Assembly (NCBI GenBank): GCA_964199315.1
Contig: OZ116702.1
Coordinates: forward strand, 8,990,001 to 9,054,000
Length of the DNA stretch: 64,000 nucleotides
Direction of reading: 5' to 3'
Source: Orbicella franksi
Lineage: Eukaryota
Part shown: positions 37,601 through 48,600 of the stretch, one piece after another
Position numbering within the stretch: position 1 is the stretch's first letter
Layout: each line of letters begins with the position of its first letter
Translations under genes and position numbers: made by a program
The notes under the pieces: generated by a model
Seen by the model: only the letters and a program-made list of their open reading frames with translations
Databases searched by the model: none
What the model was told of the DNA's origin: nothing

Positions 37601-40481
37601 TCCCCGAGGTGCGACATGTGAGGGTCAAAAACCACAAAATAGTTCCTGCTTAAAAACATAGGTACATCTGTCAAATTGTAGACTGCATTGAAACCAAGTC
37701 CGAACTTTCCAATCTTTTCAGTGTCGTGCTCTTTTGTCGCGCCGCTCAATTTTTCTATGTTCACAAAATCCTCATCTCTGAATGCAGCGTTGTTGTAAAC
37801 CCACAGTGCACGGCCCTGGCAGTCTCTCATTCCTTCGTCAAATAGATAGTTCATGGCATCTTCGTTCGTTCTTTCATCATATAGAAATCTGATTTCAGTG
37901 GCACCAGCATCATCTGCATTTTGAACAAGCTCTTTCAGAACTGAAAATCCATCTGTGTAGTCATCCAGAAGCCGCTTAAGTCGAGTCGTGAGAGGCTCAT
38001 GCTGCCCAAACTCTTCTCCTATAGAACGCCTAGACAGCCTTCTTCTAGTGAAGGCCGTTGAGGTTGCGGCTTTAGTCGATTTTTTCATCATCGCCTTCTT
38101 TCTTCAAGCCAAGTTCACAATACGATCACCTGGTTACAACAAAAACGTACTTGTAATTGCCCTTTGAATATATAGTCATATTTTTCTATATCAAAATACC
38201 TGTATGATTATTATATTATTTTTATGATAGAGGGCCTCTCTCGATAGTTGAGAACTGACCAAAATTTCAACTGTCAGCTGATTTTTTAACTGATAACTGA
38301 GATCTGTAAGGTCTACTGGTGGCTGAGAAATAAGCTGACATAGCTGATAGCTCAGAAATTATCGAAAGTATATCTCCGTAACTGAAGTTTCAGCATTGCC
38401 ATCAAGAACATAAAATGCCCTGAACATGAAACACCCCAAAACTTGCCCAAACCCAAGAGAACGTTTGTTTAAAGCGGGGTCTACTTGTTTTAATTCTAGA
38501 GGGGAGATGCATTTTTCATAGCATCTCACTTGGTTAGTTTTTATTGGTCTTCTTAATACTGCTTTCAACAATATTACATCCCGTTAATAAACCTGATGTA
38601 CAAGTCTTCCTCTTCAAGAGGGATGTTAAAATTGCAAGCGGTGGAAAATAGCTCAGAATCTAATTTCCCTACAAGATTTTCATACACCATATCCCAACAA
38701 CTTAGCCTGAGTATCCGGCTTTTCCAAAGTACTGGGAAGGGGGAGGAATAAAAAGGAAAAGAAAAAGGAAGAAAAGCGTGACGCAAGGACATTTTAAATC
38801 TGAGGGCTTCCGACCCATCACAGCATGACACGCGTCTTCGCAGAAAGTAAACGATCAAAATCATATCAGGTCTTGGGCATAATTCGAAGATGTTCTGTGA
38901 AACTACAAAAATAAAATCTTTGCGAAGTACTTGGCCGCGGGTTTGACCTTTGGCGCACATCGCTTTTCTTCCTTCTCCTCCCCCCTCACCTCTCCCGTTA
39001 CGAAGGCCTGATACTCAGGCTACCGAAAACTGAAAAATACGTGCATGGCTCATGATCACGCCAAGAGTTTCTTTCTGTCAAGGGATACTATATTTCAGTT
39101 ATTTACGCTGTAAAAGGACTGATACGTACTCGTGTTCAGCAATACGTCAAATCGTGTTAAACTCTACCCCAGAATTGAACCGACCTAAAATACAAAAATT
39201 ACAATTATAATCTTTTGAAAATTACAACGATAATTTATTAAAATAACAACGATAATTCATTAAAATTACAACTATAATTTATCAAAATATTAAAATCATA
39301 ACGATAACAATGGCGCACTATTTTTGATAAGTGCTTGGTGTGTTAGGCTTTGTTACGACAACGAAGTTTAAATAATATATAAAAATTCATTTGAATTAGC
39401 ATATCAGACAACGCTGTGTATTTTGTAGCATTTTCAAACATCAAGAGAAAAGTCGAAAATGCGATTCGAATAGATCATTTTTAATGTCAGACATTCAGCT
39501 GTGTTTGGCTATATCTCCTCAATCCAAAATTACTCTAAAAAGCATATGGAGAAATAAAAATTCTACTCGTCTGGGTGGCATTCATATAAATGGGTTGTCA
39601 ACAAGTATAAGAGGGTTTTTGGATGGAAAACCCGAAACCATAGATAATCTCTTTTGGCTCTTCTTGCCTACAGGGTTCTCTCAAATGACCGACCGAGTTC
39701 AGCATGAACATTTGAAAAGCCTTTCAAAAATTAATTGCACATTCCATTACGTTACACAATTTTTGCGCATCCGAAGTGATGTTCAAATTATCATTATTTT
39801 GCATAGTTGTCCTTATTGTTGTCATTCAGGATTAGTGAACTGTGTTACAGCAAAACTACTAAAACCTTAAACGGAAACAGTGTAACTTAAGAACATTTAA
39901 GGCTCGATATTGGCAAACATTTAAAACGTTCAGCTTCAGTCCGAAAATTTGACGTTCTTACAACATCCCATGCGTTAGACAGAATGTAGATCCGGCATTT
40001 TGGAAAGGCGTCTGCATAACCTAAGCATAGGCAGAAAACTCCCGAAAATGCCATTTCAGAAAGGCTTCCGTATATCAACGGTTAGGTATAGCTACTGGCT
40101 CTCGTTAAACTACTGTTTCCAAGGTTATAAACTAATGCTGTAATCTCCCTGCATCCCTTCACTCTCAGTCTTTACTTATCTTGCATGTTTTTCAAGTTAT
40201 CTTTTGAGGTAGTTAATTTCTTCACAAATGAGTGTCCATGTGATAGTCTCGGCAATTTTGCCTGTAATCACTTATTTTTCCAGACATTTTCAAAAGCACA
40301 AACTATTTGACCAGCATTCATTACCATACATGAGGTAAAACGTTAAAGGAAAATCTATTACAGTGAAAACAAAGGCAGTATCTTAGGAACTGAGTTCGAA
40401 TTTAAAGGTAGGTGTACATGGAATGTTACGGAAGAACGATTCCAAAGTTAGTATACAGCTCGCATATATATACCTACCCAT
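28409..40481 (-). CDS. SACS: Sacsin-like protein, copy 2 (two SRRs only, J-domain, HEPN), about 3,100 aa
   Basis: Preferred model: 40481-40478 (ATG G, homologous to the copy 1 start exon), 38018-28993, 28690-28409 = 9,312 nt, 3,103 aa starting MGEEFGQHEPLTTRL. Alternative start at ATG 38091 (MMKKST.., 3,126 aa). Colinear with copy 1 from SRR2 to HEPN. Confidence 0.9.
28993..38018 (-). CDS. SACS: Giant 9-kb exon of sacsin copy 2 (SRR2, SRR3, J-domain, HEPN start)
   Basis: Within ORF 28957..38091. Donor GTAAAA at 28992 follows CHQ, the same position as in copy 1. The 5' boundary is uncertain (acceptor before 38018 or 38129). Confidence 0.9.
31264..31341 (-). repeat. Coding microsatellite (GAG)10 plus GTG/GAG run in sacsin copy 2
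   Basis: Encodes EEVVVVMEDEVVIMLEEEEEEEEEE; absent at the aligned site of copy 1. Confidence 0.9.
38703..39022. mobile_element. MITE with TAGCCTGAGTATC termini
   Basis: TAGCCTGAGTATC at 38703-38715 and its reverse complement GATACTCAGGCTA at 39010-39022. Confidence 0.75.
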
Positions 40482-43147
40482 GAGCATGCCAGATTCGCCA
40501 AAAATAGCTCCCTGTTCCTCCTTCACCTGGTTATAATCTAAATGAGGCAACAATTAATCGAAAGGGATTACCATTGATTACAAAAGAAATGTAGAAAAGT
40601 TGTATCAGGAAAAATCAGCACACTTTGGAACCCGGAGTGAATATCCAAACTTTGTCAAGCTACGCAAATATTCCGCGACAAATTCAAGATGTTTCTAGGA
40701 CACTTGCTGTAGACAATACTAATTTAAATTTCTACGGATCGTGTACACGCATCATAGGTAACTCAAGCATACTACGTACATATATTCAGTTGCATATTAA
40801 TGACATTTTGAAAATGCAAGACTTCTGGTAATTTAGAACTGGCACTTTCTGCGGATAAATAAACGTTGTGTTTCTAGGTATTCTGGGCGATTTTTGGTTA
40901 ATATATCCTATAATGTTGTATATTTCCAAAAGACAGAAGAATTATTCGTTTTAGAACAACAATATGGTTACCGTGAAGGCTCATCTCAGAAATTTTAATT
41001 CACCACTGTTTTGAACAAGCCATTGTCGTGAGTTCGTTAATGAATCAACCGAGTTTTCTCATATCAGCTAGTCATCGCATGAAGTATTTTCATTCATTGC
41101 ATAGCACCGTGCTTGCATTTGTACACATATGGTGTTAAAATACTGAAGCGAATCCTGACACTGAACAAATATGTCTTCCACAACGGTCTTGGCAAGGCCG
41201 ACCGAGAATTAAAGAACTTTCCCAAACAAGAGTGTGTACAAAAGCATACAAAGCACTGTGTAATCACAATAAAATTTCGTTTTACCTTGAAAGTCGAGAA
41301 TGTAGCCGCGAACTTTTAGGTGCTTTCCTCCTAGTACGGGGAAAACGTTCAATTAAGCTTCCCGTTCACTCCGGAAGTTCTTCTTATCTTGTTCCGCGTT
41401 CAAATCCTACTAACTACAGATATAAAAACTTAGAGTTCTGACTCCTTGTAACACCTACACGTAGTTATAAATAAACAGACTTTTTCAAAGTATCATTGAA
41501 GATTCTAGGAAATTCTGTTGTAGTTTCCTGTTATGTCCTTCCGACAAAACAAGTTCATTTGCATGACAATTGTATGTTGAGGTAGCTTGAGTAAATTAAT
41601 TGAAGTTTCTATGGCCAAGCAAGCGTAATGTTTTGACGTTGCGATAATAAAGATATCTAATGCCTCAATGCTCTGACAGGATTAGAATTTGTAAGAATTA
41701 TTTATTCATTTTAATGTTAAGCAATCTCTCACCGTCAAAATCCACCTGGCTTGCTTTTCGAAAAGTATAACAAGATTCTTGCAGTTCGATAAAAGACGTC
41801 TACAAATCTCTTTTATGCTGCCGCCAACATCCACAACGATTTTTAAAGAATTATATACCTCAAAATAGTCGCACTCATAGCAAATGACCCGAATAAAAAA
41901 ACCCTTGTATATGTTGCATTACTCAGCGCTCTGCTACAAGGTATCTGAGGTACTACCGTTAACAATTACCTACAGAAATTTCACTGCACTTGTTAACAAT
42001 CTTTCCCTTACGGTGTCACTAAATAAAATATTTCAGCGGAATAACATGCTTCTTGATGCTTTCAACATAATAAGAATGAACTTTCAAAAGCTGATCAGAC
42101 TTGTTTCAAAACTGAAATCTTTTTTGTTTTATCTGAGGTGCTTCCTAACGCCTTCAACTAATATTTATACAGTATAATGAAGAACAAGACATAAGCTTTT
42201 CTTGTAAATCAACAAAAAAAGATGGAGTTTGTGGTCATTTGCAGTAGCATTTAGATGGCAAATCGCAGAAAGTATAAAAACATTTCAGCAACTTTTCTTT
42301 TTTATCATTCAGCTGATTGCCGTGACTCGATCTGCGGCATTGGAGTCGATCGACCAGTTGAAAGTTTGACGCAAACATGTATCAGTGGCAGCTTTAAGTT
42401 GTTTTTGTTTTGCCAAGAATTATTTTTGTTGCAACTATTCCCAAATACATCAACAGTTCAAACCTGACAATTTCTAAACATTAAAATGGGCCATTTGTAT
42501 ATAAACTGGAATTCATTCATGGTACTTCGGTACTTCTTCAAAGAGAAATGATGCTTGTTATACTTAAAACACGACAGCTCCGTATAATGATTTTCATTTG
42601 GCCGGAGAGTTTCAATATGTTTTCAAAACAAGAGAAGTACACGGCTTCTGGTAAATAATGGTATTTCTTTCTAAATATTCTAGGGAGGCCTGTCTGAGAC
42701 CTGCCTCGGCAAAACAACGATATTTCTGAATTTCTCTTTCGTACGATAGCTCTTTGTGGCTCCTTCTTCGACGAGAAAATAAAACTTCTGAGAATTCGAA
42801 TACAAACTAAGCGAAGCCGGGTCGGCGCAATGCTTTAGGTGCGTTTCAAAAAACGATTTCGCGCCGAAGCAAAGTATGTTTTGTCTCAGTGTATACGTTA
42901 TGCGTGTTATTAGGGTTGGTACGACGTAAACAAAGCTTGTGGGTAAACAAAGCCTAAAGCTAAGGGTCAGTTTATGAAGCATTCTTTTCTTTTCTGTTTT
43001 GCAAGTCATTCGACAGCAGGCCTCTCTTTTTCATCTTAATATAATTGTACGGCTGGAACAGTCGCAGTGTCGAAGGCACAGCGTACATGGTATGACATGT
43101 TTGATCGCAAGTGAGCGAGATGATTGAACACAAGGATATGTATGTAA

Positions 43148-43553
43148 GGCCCAGTTCAGACGTCGTGCTTCTGCCGTGCCGAACTAAATTGCAATTTGGT
43201 TCGACTGTAGCACGGCAGGAAATCAACTCTGATTCAGACGTCGTGCCAGAGTCGAATCAAATCCAAGGTTTACTGACGCCTCATAACAATTCTCCTCCTA
43301 ACTCCCCGAGAGAACGAAATCTCGCCAAAACACATTGACATAATTTATGAATTTAGTTTGGCGCGACAGAAGCACGACGTTTGAATCGCTGCCGTGCCAG
43401 AGTCGTGTAGCACGGCAGAGCTTGTCGAACTTAATTGCTTGCCGAACTTAATTCAAAAGTTTGATTCAGACACCGTGCTTCTGCCGTGCTTTTGTCGAAC
43501 TTAATTCCTGAATTTAGTTCGGCACGGCAGAAGCACGACGTCTGAATTGGGCC
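43148..43553. mobile_element. PIF/Harbinger-type MITE, 406 bp
   Basis: 43-bp TIR GGCCCAGTTCAGACGTCGTGCTTCTGCCGTGCCGAACTAAATT with one mismatch; TAA TSD at 43145-43147 and 43554-43556; internal subrepeats of the TIR. Confidence 0.9.
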
Positions 43554-44260
43554 TAAGGTCTTAAAAATGGACGGTGTCAGTTTGCGCTTTAGGTCTTCTC
43601 CTTTAAAGCGAACTTGACAGCGTCACATGATTACAGAAAACAATTCGATACAATTCAGTAAGGCCTAAAAAATTTACCAATCGACAAGGGCAAAACAGAT
43701 AGCGTGACTGTACTTTAGCTTTGAACTGGTAGCTGGTAGTGCATAGTTACTGAACGTTTCAAGGGGATGGATCGCATGCCTTTATGATTCTAAATGATTC
43801 AGAGTCAGTTGTTTTTATAGGCCGCCCGACAAATCAGTCACCAGTTTCATTCGATCATTTTATCTTAAAACGAGTTCTATTATTATTTGGACAGGATAGT
43901 TTCGTTGGAACCCTGATAAAGCGTCTAAAATTAATATTATTCCGAATGGGATTTAAATATCACTGATGGATGACGCTCACAAATGTTGCATATGTGTTGT
44001 GATGTTATTCGTAGCTTTGTTATCGAATTTAATTTGTTCTCCCTCTCAGAACAAATCGTACCGACATACGAGCGAATTGGGCCGCTACCTCTCAGTTTAA
44101 TATTCGAGAGATGTAAACAATGTGTCTCTCACAGAATGATTTCTTGATCTCCTAACCCGAGATTGATGTCAAATAAATCCACCTTTCATGACTAAAAGTT
44201 GAGTTTGACCATAAAGAAGTCCGTTGTGCTTACATTTTTGACGTAGGCCAGGTTATATAG

Positions 44261-44366
44261 CATGTCGAAAGATGGCATGTCGAAAGATGGCATGTCGAAA
44301 GATGGCATGTCGAAAGATGGCATGTCGAAAGATGGCATGTCGAAAGATGGCATGTCCGAAAGATGG
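44261..44366. repeat. 15-bp minisatellite (CATGTCGAAAGATGG)x7
   Basis: Six perfect units at 44261-44350 plus one with a 1-bp insertion. Confidence 0.95.
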
Positions 44367-44460
44367 TTGCTATGCACGTAACACTGAAAGCAGGTGTAAA
44401 AAGCGACTTTTTTCGCCCTCCTCGAGCAGTCATACAAACCGTTGATTTTCTGCTAAAGAC

Positions 44461-45013
44461 GTTTCTACGATATAACATACTGAAAGATTTTCTTACCTCT
44501 TTCTTAGTTTCAAACTGCTTTTGAATCGGCGTATTCGCTTTTCACAAACCAACGAACACAGCGCAAATGTCAACAAACAGATCCCTCTCCAAGAATCCTC
44601 AACGATTCTGGGAAATGCTCTTGTAATTTCCGAAACTATCTTTCCGAGAAAAGCCAGATTAATTATCACATGTTAATTGACATGACAGCGATACGTGACG
44701 TAAGTGATTTTTACCAGGTCCCCTATGTGAGTTGCGAGTCAGGTTCATGATTCACTCTTGTACCCAGAGTCACCAGTCCTTCTGACCCGGTAAGGCCTTG
44801 GCACGAGGAAAAGGAGACCACAAGAGACTGGCCGCTCTGGAAACGAGAATTTTATCGGTCATCATATTGATGCTATTGCTGCGTGAAGTGAAAAGTGAAA
44901 AAAACTTGTACCATGCAGGTACCGTGCTTTACGTATGTATGTATGCAGCACCGGAAATAAGCAAACCTTTGTCTCCAGGTTAAGAGAGGAGGCCCCGAGG
45001 GACAATTTTTACA
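44461..45013 (-). promoter_or_regulatory. Conserved upstream block D of sacsin copy 2
   Basis: Paralogue of 22899-23449. Candidate donor AG|GTAAGA at 44496; TTCTGGGAA, TTCCGAGAA and GAAAAGTGAAA motifs. Confidence 0.65.
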
Positions 45014-45654
45014 TCTGAGGTGGCGTGGTGGGTCGTTTTCAGAAGATGTCAAAAATTGGCTTCTCTTTGTTATGAATTACAAGAGATTGCTTCTCCGAAG
45101 AGATTAACAATGCCGCGTGATGAAACTCTCTTCAAAACATAATGACTCCAAACAAGTAAAATTCTGCGTTCATCGCTTGAAATATCGTCAGTCTTAGAGC
45201 TCACCGTGACGATATAAAATGGAAATAGTTTTAACTGTAGTTGCCTCTAGTTGTGAAAAAAACATAAACAGACAAACCAAGTCCACAAAACAAAAGGAAA
45301 AAAACAAACAAACAAACAAAGCGCACGATTCGTTAAGAACTAAATTCTGAGCCCATTTGCTTTTTTCAAGCATATCTGGGGCCTTGGGGAGGGGGTGGGG
45401 TTGAAAGTTGGTAGCTGCTTATGAAAGGCACGGTGCCAAGCCGTACGTCCGTGAGATGTGGGGTGGGGGGAAGCAGAAGGCTTGAAAGCCCCATCCCCAA
45501 CCCAAATCTCTGGTTTAGTTTGATGGTGTCTCTCAAACAAATTGAGTAAATAGTACTAGGTTCAAGTTTTCTGGTATAATACTTTATTTCGATCACAGAG
45601 GCTGCATTGGGATAAATATATACAACCGACATCCCTGAATACTCGTAATTTTAA

Positions 45655-48600
45655 TTAGCTGGGTGCAGAGTTTTGTCTGAACTGCCTCAGGCCTTGTAAG
45701 AATATCTTCTTGGTCTGATCCATCATCTCTTGGTAGAATTTCAAGTCCTCCTCTTTCGCTTTCAGCGTTGAACGGAGTGCTTCTTTCAAAGCGTCGTTTT
45801 CGTCTGTTTGGATAGCGAGCCTGCGATGAGAGAACACAACCATACTAAGCGAGCCGTTAACATTAGCGTAAATAAACGGGCAACATAAAACATCGAGCAC
45901 TAAATTCATCCATAGCTCGAGAGATGAAAGCATGAGTCAAAAATATCGTTTGTCGCAAAGCAATAATTCAGAACGTTTATCCGGCGCACTTTATGATGGA
46001 ACAAACGCTACTCTTACTAAGTTGTCGTCTTTAGTAAGCTTGCAGTAAAGGATCAAGGTGTTCTCGCGTCCAGACACTATCTTGCTCGTTATTGGACCGT
46101 TTATGAAGCTGTATCCATTCACGACACCACAGTAACTACTGTGGGAATCGATTGGTTGGAATTTTTTTTTTTCGACGGTGCGTAAATGCACAGAGCGCAT
46201 AAAAACATGTTGAGAGGACCTGTCACATTCATTAATTTGTTCTTATCACATTTTGGCGTTATTCATGCATAACATCAGACGACAAGCTGACAGTCAACAA
46301 GTATTTGTCCTACCTAGTCGAAAGTTCATCCACGTCCTCTGTCTTTGCCTGTCGTTCATGTACCGCACTACCTGTACTATATCCCTTCCCCCTTCCCTTG
46401 GCCACACCCTGTCCTGACTGCACTCGGCTCAGTTGCTTCTCCATGTGGGCCACTTGACGTCGCTCCTGTTGCCACTTGTTGGTCGTCTCCAGTTCGCTGT
46501 TTTTAGCTTCATCAACTCTGAAAATGCGTGTAGAGAAAGCGATGTTTCACTGCATGCGAACAGCTTACAAACCTGTCTAGGTTTCGGTAAACAGAGTGCA
46601 TGTAACCTAAACCACAGTACACTATTCTATTTGAAAGAAAAAGAAAAACCTTCGGTTTAGAAAATACTCTATGTGTTTCAATAGGCCAGTTTGCAAAATA
46701 CTAAAATTCTAACCTGGCTCTGAGGCTTAATAAAATGTTGGATTGGCCTATTCCCCCTTCTTTTCCAACAATGCCGCCCCCTACCTCTCCTCCCTCCTCG
46801 TCCCTCTGATTTACCCATGAATCTCACCTTCTCTGCAGGAGAGTCACCAGTTCTAACAGTCGATCCCTCTCAACTTCAGCGGCTTGACACAACGACTTGC
46901 TCTCCTGTACTTGAGATCTTAATACCTGGATTTCCTCGCTGAAACAATTCAACATTGAGGGAGGGGTGGGTGATTTTAGCAAAAAATTAACCTGCACGCA
47001 TACTTGCACTCCCCACCCCCCCAAAAAAAATCATGCACACGACCACTGCCAACAAAAATAACCTACATACATAAATCTTAAGAAAAATATTCCTAGTGCA
47101 TGAAACGTGAAACCGAATCATCCACACTCCCCCTGAAAAGTCCAGTGGTCCACCCCTTAGGATGTAAATTCTTAAACGGAACCATGAACTGTGTCACGGT
47201 GGCTTTACAAAACTTGACTAAGACAATACTCTTGCAGTAATGATTTTATTGAGCAATACTATGAAGCAATCGAAGCGAAGTTGTCGTTCATTTCTTTCTT
47301 CGACCAATCGAGATTCAGAAAAATGACAACAGACTTTGAGTTGCCTTGAATATAGTTTGTAGTCCACCAGTCATTAAAAAACAAATTAGGAGTACGATAT
47401 TCCCTGCAGTCGGTGGAATGCTTTCCCGAGCTTAAGTGCCGCTAGTGGAATGTTTTCCTGCGCTTCAGTGTCGCCGGTGAAATGTTTTCCCGCGCTTTGC
47501 ACCGTCATGTTGTTCTCTCGCCACTACTGACACTAAACGTCTCCAGGTGCTAGGCAAACAAAACGCGTTTGTTTCGTCGTGTTCTAATTATTGCACGTAT
47601 TTTGTGTCCGGAATGACTGGTACTGCTTCAGATGTAGGAAGCAAAACAAATGAAAACCCGCCCTAATGGAAAACAGAAAGAAGTATTACCGTTTACCTGT
47701 TCCCAGCACTATTCCTTCGTGCCCTGCTTCCTCGCCCTCCGCTGGGTGGTGTGGGAGGAAGCTGGTATCCCTGCGCAGAGCCTCTTCCCGACATGCCATT
47801 CACACTTGTTCTGGACACTAAATGCCGTCGATTTGGACTGCCGGGAACCGATGAAACCTGGGTTCGACTGGGTCCTTCTCGTTGGAGTTGTGAAGCAGTC
47901 GCGTGTCCCTTATGTGTCACGTGCATGTTATTTTGAGGCCCACCGTTCTCGACGCTATCTGCGAAAGGCCCTCTAAACAACGGGCCTTCTACAAAACCGT
48001 TCACAGAGCCATAGACAGGTGTTGTTCCTCTGTATAAGGGGCCTTGAGGGGCATCGTCGTAACGTGGGGCACTTCGGTCTAATCTTTCTTCCATAGTTTG
48101 TAAATCTTCCGTACTACACGCCACAGATTTGGTCTCCCGCTCTGATAATTCCCGGTACTTTTCTGTCGTGTTTTGCAGTGCTTGCCTTGCCTTACCCAGT
48201 TCTTGTTCTAGTTGCTGTATTCGTCCGTCCCGTTCCTGGCACGCCTGTTTCAGATGCTCTATTTGGGCCTTGTCCTGAGGCGTACCTAAAACATTCGGGG
48301 ACGGTGGAGTTTCTTTTTTACTTGCTGCACTCTTGAGCTGTTGCTGTTCCCTCTGCAAAGGAACACAAGAAGTAAATAAATCTTGTTTACATCCAATACA
48401 ACGTAGGTCGTGAATCAAGCTTCCTTTTGGCCTAGTGATAATCAGTACATCGTCATTTTGGAGTGTGGAGGAAAGCAAATATTTGTCCCGGCACATGAGA
48501 GTTAGGAGAAGCGTGACGTTACTAGCTAATAGCGAATGAGTTTAGCATTTGGCGATAACCGTGACTTTTAGCAGACATTAGTCTTTTTTGGGATGTCACG

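Noticed and set aside
38104-38106. Stop-codon readthrough or selenocysteine at the TGA before ATG 38091
   Set aside because: The TGA lies in a non-ancestral frame of decayed sequence, has no TGA-C context, and I see no SECIS; splicing to 38018 explains the data more simply.
38359-38700. Coding-like minus-strand stretch upstream of the sacsin 2 giant exon (..NIPLEEEDLYIRFINGM*..)
   Set aside because: Interrupted by stops and a MITE; I could not align it to the missing SRR1 exons or any family.
39484-39870. 128-aa plus-strand ORF in the sacsin 2 first intron
   Set aside because: No recognisable domain or splice context; the HING word resembling sacsin LPVHING is too short and on the wrong strand.
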